Both the position numbers and the translations under genes were made by a program. DNA of 42,869 nucleotides from a virus: the IMG/VR virus record IMGVR_UViG_3300045922_000174. The stretch is one strand, 5' to 3'. Below the pieces are notes generated by a model, which ran no database searches, was not told the origin of the DNA, and saw only the letters and a program-made list of their open reading frames with translations. Below, piece by piece: positions 1 to 6,433 of the stretch (the stretch's first letter is position 1; every line of letters starts with the position of its first letter).

Positions 1-127
1 CTCCTCAAAGGAATACAATGTGTACTCGATTTTATGGCGGAAGACCTCGTACTTTTCCTTGTCCTGAAGAACGCGATACATGGTAACAATAGAGCCATTG
101 ATGTCATTGTAGAGTTCGGAGGGGTGG
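1..127. repeat. Terminal direct repeat, copy 1 (identical to 42743..42869); probably an assembly overlap of a circular or circularly permuted genome
   Basis: The first 127 nt (ctcctcaaaggaatacaatgtgtactcg...gttcggaggggtgg) recur exactly as the last 127 nt of the window. An ORF reads in frame through the junction. Confidence 0.9.
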
Positions 128-270
128 CGCGGCTTGTTCAGCAACACCCAAGCCGCGCCGCCGAACGGTTCAACATAGAACGTGCCGTAAGGTAAATTCT
201 TCAGGACGAAATCAATGTAGTAGAATTTTCCGCCGAAATACGGTACGGTTATGATTTTTCCGTTCGACAT
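1..270 (-). CDS. N-terminal part of a Dam-like (D12 class) N6-adenine DNA methyltransferase; the gene wraps around the circular junction and continues at 42137..42869
   Basis: A minus-strand ATG at 268..270 is preceded by GGAGGA. The translation MSNGKIITVPYFGGKFYYIDFVLKNLPYGTFYVEPFGGAAWVLLNKPRHPSELYNDINGSIVTMYRVLQDK... carries the GGK, EPFGGAAW (FxGxG-type AdoMet motif I) and NDIN motifs typical of Dam-family enzymes. It runs off coordinate 1 in frame with ORF 42137..42823. Confidence 0.85.
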   Translation of the reverse strand, partial: MSNGKIITVPYFGGKFYYIDFVLKNLPYGTFYVEPFGGAAWVLLNKPRHPSELYNDINGSIVTMYRVLQDKEKYEVFRHKIEYTLYSFEE

Positions 271-463
271 CGTTTTCCTCCTCGAAGTAGACCAACTGCA
301 TGATGAGATGCTTTGCCCCCATCTCTCCGAGCTTGAAGAGTTTTTGGACATACTCAATCCATCGTTTCCACTCGTATCGTTCTTCTTCATCGAGGGACGC
401 AAGGAAGGCGTCAAAGCGTTCAGCGTCTCTTTTCATGATGTTGTCAGACCGTCCCGGTTGCAT
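212..463 (-). CDS. Hypothetical protein (83 aa)
   Basis: Internal ATG at 463 of track ORF 212..517, preceded by GGAGGAG. The 3' end overlaps the methyltransferase start by 59 nt in another frame. I recognise no motif. Confidence 0.5.
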   Translation of the reverse strand: MQPGRSDNIMKRDAERFDAFLASLDEEERYEWKRWIEYVQKLFKLGEMGAKHLIMQLVYFEEENDVERKNHNRTVFRRKILLH

Positions 464-701
464 CGTACTCCTCCTCGTTGGTGACAATCGGAAACCAGAC
501 ATCGAAGCGCATGACACCAGCTACTTTTTTGTACGGGATTTTCTCTTCTTCGAGCTCCTGAATCAGGAAACCCGGGGCGTCTTGCGCAATCTCAACGTAC
601 GGTGGGCGTACGTTGTACTTGCGCATGTAGTGAAACAGGTAATCAAACAGGAGCCCGGGGCTATCCAAGCGGAAGACATGGTATTCGGAATACGGTTTCA
701 T
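444..701 (-). CDS. Hypothetical protein (85 aa)
   Basis: ATG at 701 (MKPYSEYHVF...) preceded by GGAGGC. It abuts the stop of the upstream small ORF (TGAtATG). The longer track ORF 444..773 lacks an RBS. Confidence 0.6.
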   Translation of the reverse strand: MKPYSEYHVFRLDSPGLLFDYLFHYMRKYNVRPPYVEIAQDAPGFLIQELEEEKIPYKKVAGVMRFDVWFPIVTNEEEYDATGTV

Positions 702-702
702 A

Positions 703-858
703 TCAGCCTCCCAGTCTCGAAACCAGAAACTTGAACACGGCAACGATTTGGTCATCAAAGAACACAACTGCAATCAGCACGATTACCCATGTGATGACAC
801 CCATCAGCAGTAAATCGAGGATGGAATAGACTTTTTTGGGAGAGTATTTATTGGACAT
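703..858 (-). CDS. Small single-pass membrane protein (51 aa; below the ORF-track cutoff)
   Basis: My own translation is MSNKYSPKKVYSILDLLLMGVITWVIVLIAVVFFDDQIVAVFKFLVSRLGG. It has a hydrophobic core of about 23 residues and is tightly packed between neighbouring genes. Confidence 0.5.
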   Translation of the reverse strand: MSNKYSPKKVYSILDLLLMGVITWVIVLIAVVFFDDQIVAVFKFLVSRLGG

Positions 859-866
859 GTTACACC

Positions 867-1199
867 TCACGATTTGAATTTGATATTGACGTACTCATCA
901 CCGGGAATGTAGTACTTTTGCTTCATCATTTGCAAATACGATTGGGTAAGGTAAGATTCACACGCTTTGCGAAAATCAGTCGTTGTTTTGGAATACAATC
1001 GCAACACATGTTCGGGAATTTGCGCTTCCTGCGCAATTCTTACGTAATCGTATGAGCCTCTCCCGGAGGAATACGTAGCAACGACACCATCGAACTCGAT
1101 GGTCTTTTTGAGTTGCATCACTTCCTGCCGGATTTCCTGTTCCAGCTCGTCCAGCTCCTTGCGGAGCTGCTTCCATCGTGCAAGTTTTTCAGTTAACAT
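867..1199 (-). CDS. Hypothetical protein (110 aa) with a coiled-coil N-terminus
   Basis: The internal ATG at 1199 (MLTEKLARWKQLRKELDELEQE...) overlaps the clamp stop by 11 nt. The upstream part of track ORF 867..1493 overlaps the clamp gene and is not credible. Confidence 0.6.
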   Translation of the reverse strand: MLTEKLARWKQLRKELDELEQEIRQEVMQLKKTIEFDGVVATYSSGRGSYDYVRIAQEAQIPEHVLRLYSKTTTDFRKACESYLTQSYLQMMKQKYYIPGDEYVNIKFKS

Positions 1200-2244
1200 T
1201 TTCGGTTTCTCCTTTCTGTTGTTGTTCGGGTAACACAATCGGCATGATGACCTCATCGTAGCCGGCATCATTGGTGATGAGGATAGGGCGTTTTGCTTCT
1301 TCAGCGCAAATCCTGATGGAAGCGTCCTTCTGTGTAGCAGAGTTAATCGCATCCAACAGGTATTGCGCATTGACGGTGAACCTGAACTCACCCTCCGCAT
1401 CCACAGGGATATTGTCATAGACCGAACCCTCATCGCCAACGGCGCGCATAGATAGGATGCCGTCACGACATTCGATGGTGACCTCTGTGCCAATCAGTGC
1501 GCAACGGACTGCCGACAATCTCACGTTTTTATCTGCGGCGGCAAATTTGCGGTATCCCTCAACGCTTGCATAAATCCGATTGTAGTCGGGAAAGTGATAC
1601 GTCAGCGGAGCCGCCCAAACCGTTAATCTACCATCCTCGAACCGGATGAGATTTTCGCCGGTCACATAGACTTCATCATCACCGAAGACGGCGGCTACCA
1701 AATCTGCGGTTTTGATGGGGAGCAGGAATGGGACGGTTGCGCTGAATGATGTGCGCGCCACCCGAAATCTATCCGTAGCCACCATGTAGTTTTTGTCGAA
1801 GTAGACACAATCCAGCATACTGTTCTTTTCACCAGCGGCATGGCGCACCCGTTGGAAGGCTGACGAGATACCCTTGACCAGACCGCTTTTGGCGTATGTG
1901 TCTGGTTCTGGTGTCTGCGGGAACTCACTTGCAGGAACGGTTTTCAGGTCAAAGTGTGACGTTCCAGACGTAATGCCAAGCACATTGCCGTCCAGTTCAA
2001 AGCGCACATCATCGTCATCGAGCGTATCGAAAATGCTTTTGAGGATTGCGTAATTGACACAGACTGCATTGTCCCCGTGATTGCCGACTTGGACGGTGAA
2101 CTCAAGGTTTGTTGCCGTAATTGCAACATCCTCTTCGGATTGAGCCGGCGTCAGTTTCACGTTTTGGATGATGGACAGTGGTGATTTGGTGTTGACCACC
2201 TTTGCCATCAGACCCAAATCTCGTTTGATAGCAGAACCATTCAT
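1189..2244 (-). CDS. dnaN: DNA polymerase III beta sliding clamp (DnaN-like)
   Basis: 351 aa with RBS AGGAGG. Clamp-typical stretches are NLEFTVQ, MVATDRFRVA, FPDYNRI, VNAQYLLDAI and RPILITN...IMPI. The length fits a three-domain beta clamp. Confidence 0.9.
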   Translation of the reverse strand: MNGSAIKRDLGLMAKVVNTKSPLSIIQNVKLTPAQSEEDVAITATNLEFTVQVGNHGDNAVCVNYAILKSIFDTLDDDDVRFELDGNVLGITSGTSHFDLKTVPASEFPQTPEPDTYAKSGLVKGISSAFQRVRHAAGEKNSMLDCVYFDKNYMVATDRFRVARTSFSATVPFLLPIKTADLVAAVFGDDEVYVTGENLIRFEDGRLTVWAAPLTYHFPDYNRIYASVEGYRKFAAADKNVRLSAVRCALIGTEVTIECRDGILSMRAVGDEGSVYDNIPVDAEGEFRFTVNAQYLLDAINSATQKDASIRICAEEAKRPILITNDAGYDEVIMPIVLPEQQQKGETENVN

Positions 2245-2300
2245 GTTTAGCCTCCTGTTTTGAATGTTAAGAAATGTTTGTTTGAGCGTTTTTTTAACGT

Positions 2301-2504
2301 TCAGTCCATGTGTTTTTTGGCGTCAAATGGGTGTTCTGAAGTGTTCTCAATCATATTCAAAGTTTCATATATGATTGAATAAAACGGCTTAAATTTCGAT
2401 TTTTTTGGCAAAGACGATATTTGTATCGGCTTTGCGTAGAAAGGCGTCTTCTTGACCGATTTAGACGCCAAATTTTTGAAATTTAAGCATCGTCTTGAAC
2501 CCAT
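2301..2504 (-). CDS. Possible small basic protein (67 aa); weak call
   Basis: ATG at 2504 with GGAGG 7 nt upstream. The product MGSRRCLNFKNLASKSVKKTPFYAKPIQISSLPKKSKFKPFY... is Lys-rich and low in complexity. It lies in an otherwise non-coding-looking 430-bp gap. Confidence 0.3.
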   Translation of the reverse strand: MGSRRCLNFKNLASKSVKKTPFYAKPIQISSLPKKSKFKPFYSIIYETLNMIENTSEHPFDAKKHMD

Positions 2505-2677
2505 TTTTTGACCTCCGGTTTTTGGGGTTTGAGACCGTTGCATTTTGGGCATCCGTCCATCGTTGCATCGCCGCGAAGATGGGTCTGCCAGAGCAACCAA
2601 GCCAGCACGGTTTGGTCTGCATTTGCGCCGTAACGCTTCAGAGCGCGCGCACGTACCTGTCATGCAGGAGTTTGCCT

Positions 2678-3286
2678 TCAGGACACATCGCCATCGTTAC
2701 CTCCCGATTGTTGTTTCTTGACCGCCTGCCCGATGGTCATTGAGCCGCTGATTTGTGCGGTAATTTCGCCCGCTTGCAGTAGTCTCTCGACCGTCTGCCC
2801 AATGGTCAATGAGCCGCTGATTCGTCTGGTCGTTTCCGGGAGCATTTTCTGTTCGTTGGCGGCGCGGTCAACGAGTTGCTGATAAATCTGGTCAAACCGT
2901 TTGCGCACGAACGGCAGTTGTTCGTAATCGGTGTGACAGATTTCACGCCAGCCGGTCAGGACGGCGGCTTCCTGCACAATCGGGTCGTCAAATTCCGGCG
3001 GGTAGTATGCCCCGTAGGTTTCTGCACGCCTCATGACCAGACCCCAAGCCTCGTCAGGTAGCAAATGTGGCGTAGTTTTGAGCGAAAGTGCTTTTTCCCG
3101 TAGTTCTGCCGGCTTGGGAAACCACTTGCTTTCTGCCAGCAATTGCCAGCCGGCGGCTTGGAGTATCTGGTCGTCAATGTCTTCGAGAACGACGTGATAG
3201 ACTTTGACCAGCGTTTCCGTCAGCTCGACAGAATGCACTTCGCCGAAAACTGCAAGGATTTTGGTTACGGTGTCAAGAGTTGCCAT
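2678..3286 (-). CDS. Putative replicative-helicase loader (SPP1 G39P-like N-terminal domain) with a duplicated C-terminal 23-aa segment
   Basis: ATG at 3286 (MATLDTVTKIL...) after GGAGGG. The N-terminal helical domain ending in KWFPKPAELRE resembles the loader/inhibitor-of-G40P family, and the gene sits directly downstream of the DnaD-like organiser. The C-terminus repeats ISGS[LM]TIGQ[TA]V twice. Confidence 0.5.
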   Translation of the reverse strand: MATLDTVTKILAVFGEVHSVELTETLVKVYHVVLEDIDDQILQAAGWQLLAESKWFPKPAELREKALSLKTTPHLLPDEAWGLVMRRAETYGAYYPPEFDDPIVQEAAVLTGWREICHTDYEQLPFVRKRFDQIYQQLVDRAANEQKMLPETTRRISGSLTIGQTVERLLQAGEITAQISGSMTIGQAVKKQQSGGNDGDVS

Positions 3287-4079
3287 TGTTTTGCCCTCCA
3301 AGAATTTTGCGAACGACTTCGGCATTTTTCTCGTGGACTTGTTGACGCTTTGACGGACGTGAATGATTGTGTTGTTTTTTGGGCGCGCGGAAACCGTTCA
3401 CCTTCCAGTTTTTGAGAATGCCCTCGACATACCTCCAGTTTCGCGCGTTGGAGATTGCCGCTTCGCTGATGGCGGCGGTGACCCAATCTACGCCGTAGTC
3501 ATCTACGGCGGCGATGACCTTCTCCGAAATCAAAGGCGTCATGGGCCCAATCTCTTTGTGGTATGCCTGAAATGCCTGTTGCACTTCCGGCGAAACTTGC
3601 GAATTTGCCGCGTCGTCCTTAACAACAACAACAACTTTATTAATATCTGTATTCTTAATATCTTGGTAACGATTTATGTAACGATTCGTTACATGATTCG
3701 TTACATCTTTCGTTACATTTTCTCCTTCAGTTTTTGCATTTTCCATCGCCAATTTTTTAACATTTCGATAACGTCTCACCCGTTCGGCGGTGCTTGATGC
3801 GCGTTGGCGTTCGGCGAAATTCGTCACAACCCATCTCTCAATTTCAGGGTCAAAATGGACGATGCCGATTTCCGACAGGCACTGGAGCTCGTGTTGCAAC
3901 TGGTCGTGGTTTATGTGGAGTATCCACCCCATCTGCTGGAGAGGGGGCAAGACGCCCCCTCTCCGTTCAATGCCAGCAAGAAGGAATAGCTCCACCATGC
4001 GTCTCCAGAGTGTGTCGGACAGCACGCCGACTTTACTGTCTGTAAGGATTTCATGGTAGAGTTTTATCCAGTGCATCAT
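3273..4079 (-). CDS. Replisome organiser / DnaD-like replication initiation protein
   Basis: The N-terminus MMHWIKLYHEILTDSKVGVLSD...WRRMVELFLLAG resembles phage replisome-organiser N-domains. The C-terminus ...AISNARNWRYVEGILKNWKVNG is the DnaD/DnaB_2 signature. Iteron repeats are embedded in the linker-coding region. Confidence 0.85.
   Translation of the reverse strand: MMHWIKLYHEILTDSKVGVLSDTLWRRMVELFLLAGIERRGGVLPPLQQMGWILHINHDQLQHELQCLSEIGIVHFDPEIERWVVTNFAERQRASSTAERVRRYRNVKKLAMENAKTEGENVTKDVTNHVTNRYINRYQDIKNTDINKVVVVVKDDAANSQVSPEVQQAFQAYHKEIGPMTPLISEKVIAAVDDYGVDWVTAAISEAAISNARNWRYVEGILKNWKVNGFRAPKKQHNHSRPSKRQQVHEKNAEVVRKILGGQNNGNS
3666..3717. repeat. Intragenic iteron cluster: 3 direct TCGTTACA copies at 12-bp spacing plus 2 inverted copies (candidate origin)
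   Basis: Direct TCGTTACA copies start at 3686, 3698 and 3710. Inverted GTAACGA/TGTAACGA copies lie at 3666..3672 and 3677..3684. TGTAACGAtTCGTTACA forms a 17-bp palindrome at 3677..3693. Confidence 0.7.
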
Positions 4080-4351
4080 TGCGCTCTCTCCAAATATCCA
4101 ATCAGGATGACGTTCTGGTTGATGAGCTCTGCGCCGGCATCCACTTGCCGTTGCAGGTATCGTTCCGCCATTTTCTGGATGATGCGCTTGAATGGATTGC
4201 GGAATTTCATCTCCTTCAGGTCATTCAGCAAGGTCAGGTTCAGCATGTACATCTCGTGCAAGTCCTGAATGGATGTACCAGATTTAGCCTGAAACAGGTA
4301 AATGATTGACAGAAGGACATATATGGGGTATCGCATAATGACGTATTTCAT
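4076..4351 (-). CDS. Hypothetical protein (91 aa); possibly a small winged-helix DNA-binding protein
   Basis: ATG at 4351 after GGAGGA, with ATGA overlaps to both neighbours. The segment YVLLSIIYLFQAKSGTSIQDLHEMY is reminiscent of wHTH regulators, but the resemblance is weak. Confidence 0.6.
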   Translation of the reverse strand: MKYVIMRYPIYVLLSIIYLFQAKSGTSIQDLHEMYMLNLTLLNDLKEMKFRNPFKRIIQKMAERYLQRQVDAGAELINQNVILIGYLERAQ

Positions 4352-4839
4352 GTTTCCTCCACACGATTGACATCAATCATCGGTGCAAGCGGGATGATGA
4401 GAGGGGTAATCAGTGACCGTGAACCGCTGGTGATGACCGCGGCACAGTACGACAAGAGAAACTGCGTCCACGTCAGCGGAACGTCATTGGGGGTGATTTT
4501 GGCAAAGCCATTCTTCTCGAGCTGGAAGATAAAATCGGCGGCAGTTTTCACGGACATTCCATTGCCATTGCCCATCGCCGCAAGAACCTCACGCGGTTCG
4601 CCGGCTTTGGAGACCACGGCGAAGGCATATCCGCTTCCCTGTTGCCACATATAGACCAGCAACTGTTCGCTTTGCCAGATTGCCGTTCCGACATCGCCGC
4701 GCATTGCGGCTCTCATCCCGGACAACGTGTGATAGAAGTCCACCGGTGAGATGCCGCCTTGCGTTGCGCCGAGTGGAACGCACGCGGTGTTGGACGCCAA
4801 CACCATCAGAACCAAAAAGATTTGAACCAACCGTTTCAT
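4348..4839 (-). CDS. Secreted or membrane-anchored protein (163 aa) with an N-terminal signal peptide and a C-terminal hydrophobic segment
   Basis: ATG at 4839 (MKRLVQIFLVLMVLASNTAC...) after GGAGG. The N-terminus is signal-peptide-like or lipoprotein-like with a Cys at about position 20. The C-terminal stretch FLLSYCAAVITSG...LITPLIIPLAPMI is hydrophobic. Confidence 0.7.
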   Translation of the reverse strand: MKRLVQIFLVLMVLASNTACVPLGATQGGISPVDFYHTLSGMRAAMRGDVGTAIWQSEQLLVYMWQQGSGYAFAVVSKAGEPREVLAAMGNGNGMSVKTAADFIFQLEKNGFAKITPNDVPLTWTQFLLSYCAAVITSGSRSLITPLIIPLAPMIDVNRVEET

Positions 4840-4959
4840 TGTTTCTACCTCCGATTCTTTAACATTTGATTTTGTGTTTTCTTGCTGACACTGATTCGTG
4901 AAAATGGGGTGCGTTTTCTGCACATTTTGTGTTGAATGTGTGAATCATGTAACAAAACA

Positions 4960-5081
4960 TCGTTACACATTCGTTACATAAATCGTTACACATTCGTTAC
5001 ATAAATCGTTACATTAAATGTAACGTTTCGTTACATCATTCGTTACATTAAATGTAACGAATCGTTACATTAATCGTTACA
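4960..5081. repeat. Intergenic iteron array: 9 direct TCGTTACA copies plus 2 inverted copies (candidate replication origin or organiser binding array)
   Basis: Direct copies start at 4960, 4971, 4983, 4994, 5006, 5028, 5040, 5062 and 5074, a spacing of 11-12 bp or 22 bp. Two perfect 19-bp palindromes CGTTACATTAAATGTAACG lie at 5007..5025 and 5041..5059. No ORF is present. Confidence 0.8.
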
Positions 5082-5091
5082 TTGTTAAGGT

Positions 5092-5131
5092 GCAAAAAGA
5101 GTGCCACGTGAATCAAATCACGTGGCACTCT
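5092..5131 (-). terminator. Rho-independent terminator downstream of recT
   Basis: A 14-bp perfect stem pairs 5098..5111 (agagtgccacgtga) with 5118..5131 (tcacgtggcactct) around a 6-nt loop. On the minus strand it is followed by a T-run (complement of aaaaa at 5094..5098, partly shared with the stem base). It begins 3 nt after the recT stop. Confidence 0.8.
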
Positions 5132-5133
5132 GA

Positions 5134-5931
5134 CTATTTCTGCTCCTCACCGAATAACTGTTTGATGGCTTCGTCAGCGGTCAGGGGCTCTTCCGGCTCT
5201 TCGGGAATGGGGGTGACTTCTTCGGGCGCGGGTAATTCGGCGGAGATGCGCGCGGTCAGACTTTGGTTTTCGTCCTCATCACTGACATCATCGTCATCGT
5301 ACAAATTCATGACCGACATGGGCCCGTACTTGAGGAGTTTTCGCAATACAGTCTTCCGCGCCATGTCATCGAAATTTGTAGTCCAAGCACTATCCGGCAT
5401 GCCCCACGACTTGGAATACTTCTTGGCGTGTTCCTTCACCTCGTCTACGGTCATATAGACTGTCTTTTCGAAGCCGTTGACGAGTTTGAAGAATCCGAAA
5501 TAGCCAACGGTTTTCGTCCCTGGGCGAATACGCCGGAAATTGTGCAGACCCGTCTTGATGTCCAGCGTAATCTCCACCCCGTCATCGAGAACAGCATCGT
5601 TGATGTATCGGTATTGGTTTGTCCGCAATGCTAACTGCATTAATCCCTTGTACCCTATTATCAGCGTGCATTTATTCTTGTACGGGACAAGGTATGCCTG
5701 TCCCGTATTCGGATTTACGGACAGTCGAAGGGTTGCGGCGTTCAGCGCGGACGCGATGATGCTTTGTGGCTCACATTGCTGGAGACGCGGGTTCTGCGCC
5801 GCCTGTAAAAGAACATCCGCAATGTACGCATTGGCGTTTCCAGTACCAACGATGGAGGCGAACCGTTCCCGTATCTCCAAACTGTTGGCATACTTTTTCA
5901 AAACCATTTGATTGTTCTGGTTTTCAGCCAT
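5134..5931 (-). CDS. recT: RecT-family single-strand annealing protein
   Basis: 265 aa. RecT-like stretches include ...NPRLQQCEPQSIIASALNAATLRLSVNPNTGQAYLVPYKNKCTLIIGYKGLMQLALR...VYMTVDEVKEHAKKYSKS...ARKTVLRKLLKYGPMS, and the C-terminal tail is acidic. Confidence 0.9.
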   Translation of the reverse strand: MAENQNNQMVLKKYANSLEIRERFASIVGTGNANAYIADVLLQAAQNPRLQQCEPQSIIASALNAATLRLSVNPNTGQAYLVPYKNKCTLIIGYKGLMQLALRTNQYRYINDAVLDDGVEITLDIKTGLHNFRRIRPGTKTVGYFGFFKLVNGFEKTVYMTVDEVKEHAKKYSKSWGMPDSAWTTNFDDMARKTVLRKLLKYGPMSVMNLYDDDDVSDEDENQSLTARISAELPAPEEVTPIPEEPEEPLTADEAIKQLFGEEQK

Positions 5932-5969
5932 CTTTCAGTTCCTTTCTTTTTTATGGGGATTGTGTCTCT

Positions 5970-6008
5970 TTTATACGTCAAAATAAGTTGTTAACTTAAT
6001 TGACGTAT
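5970..6008 (-). promoter_or_regulatory. Candidate promoter/operator upstream of recT: 9-bp inverted repeat ATACGTCAA-N18-TTGACGTAT overlapping a TATAAA -10-like hexamer
   Basis: The inverted-repeat arms lie at 5973..5981 and 6000..6008. On the minus strand the sequence reads TTAAGT-N18-TATAAA (-10 at 5970..5975) about 35 nt upstream of the recT start. The hexamers are only moderate matches. Confidence 0.35.
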
Positions 6009-6037
6009 GTAAGGATTATCAGGTGACAAACGTCACG

Positions 6038-6424
6038 TTATAATCCTTTCGTAAGGCTGAAGATAACCAGTGCTGATAATATGGATAGTGTCATTTTCAG
6101 CATTTCCAGACCGACACGCTCCCATAATGAGTTCCGTTTCTCTTCCTGCTTCCGCGTTTCCTCTAAATGATTATCGAGTGCCTTACTCACATCATCTACC
6201 CGCTCCTCGATGCGCTCAACAGACGCTTGCAGTTCACTATCGCACGCTTCGCGCTCTTTTTCCAGCCGGTCAATTCGCCCAATAAGACCCTCCTTACCAT
6301 TCCCTTCCACGAGTTTTATCAGGCGTTCCACCTTGTCCACAAGCAGTATCAATGTCTCTCTTTCGTTTTGCGGTGTTGCCATCATGGTCTCCTGATTCGC
6401 CTCATCTTCCTGCGGTTCAGCCAT
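6038..6424 (-). CDS. Tail-anchored coiled-coil membrane protein next to the endolysin (XhlA-like architecture; putative lysis accessory protein)
   Basis: 128 aa with an acidic N-terminus, a long coiled coil (RIDRLEKEREACDSELQASVERIEERVDDVSKALDNHLEE) and a single C-terminal TM segment (MLKMTLSILSALVIFSL). An alternative start at 6382/6385 (MMATPQ) has a better AGGAGA RBS. Confidence 0.55.
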   Translation of the reverse strand: MAEPQEDEANQETMMATPQNERETLILLVDKVERLIKLVEGNGKEGLIGRIDRLEKEREACDSELQASVERIEERVDDVSKALDNHLEETRKQEEKRNSLWERVGLEMLKMTLSILSALVIFSLTKGL

Positions 6425-6433
6425 TGAAGAAAT

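Noticed and set aside
1-127. A biological direct terminal repeat (T7-like DTR) at the genome ends.
   Set aside because: The repeat falls in the middle of a methyltransferase coding sequence that is only intact when the ends are joined. Its length equals a common assembler k-mer (127). The termini, if fixed, more plausibly lie elsewhere, for example in the GC-rich island. This can only be settled with read data.
867-1493. Long N-terminal extensions of track ORFs (867..1493, 4348..4923, 15437..15820, 15995..16744, 33228..33782, 41806..42348, 444..773, 212..517).
   Set aside because: In each case the extension overlaps the upstream gene or lacks an RBS. An internal ATG with a GGAGG-type RBS, or a coupled ATGA/TGATG junction, gives a compact gene. 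The coordinates were trimmed accordingly.
2301-2663. 120-aa track ORF spanning most of the 2245..2677 gap.
   Set aside because: The start at 2663 has no RBS, and the N-terminal half is Arg-rich, GC-driven sequence. Only the distal 67 codons (from ATG 2504 with GGAGG) are kept, as a low-confidence CDS.
4947-5085. Possible CRISPR array, suggested by many regularly spaced short repeats.
   Set aside because: The repeat unit is only 8 bp, with 3-14-bp gaps rather than 25-50-bp spacers. There are no cas genes, and inverted copies and palindromes are present. The organisation is that of origin or operator iterons.
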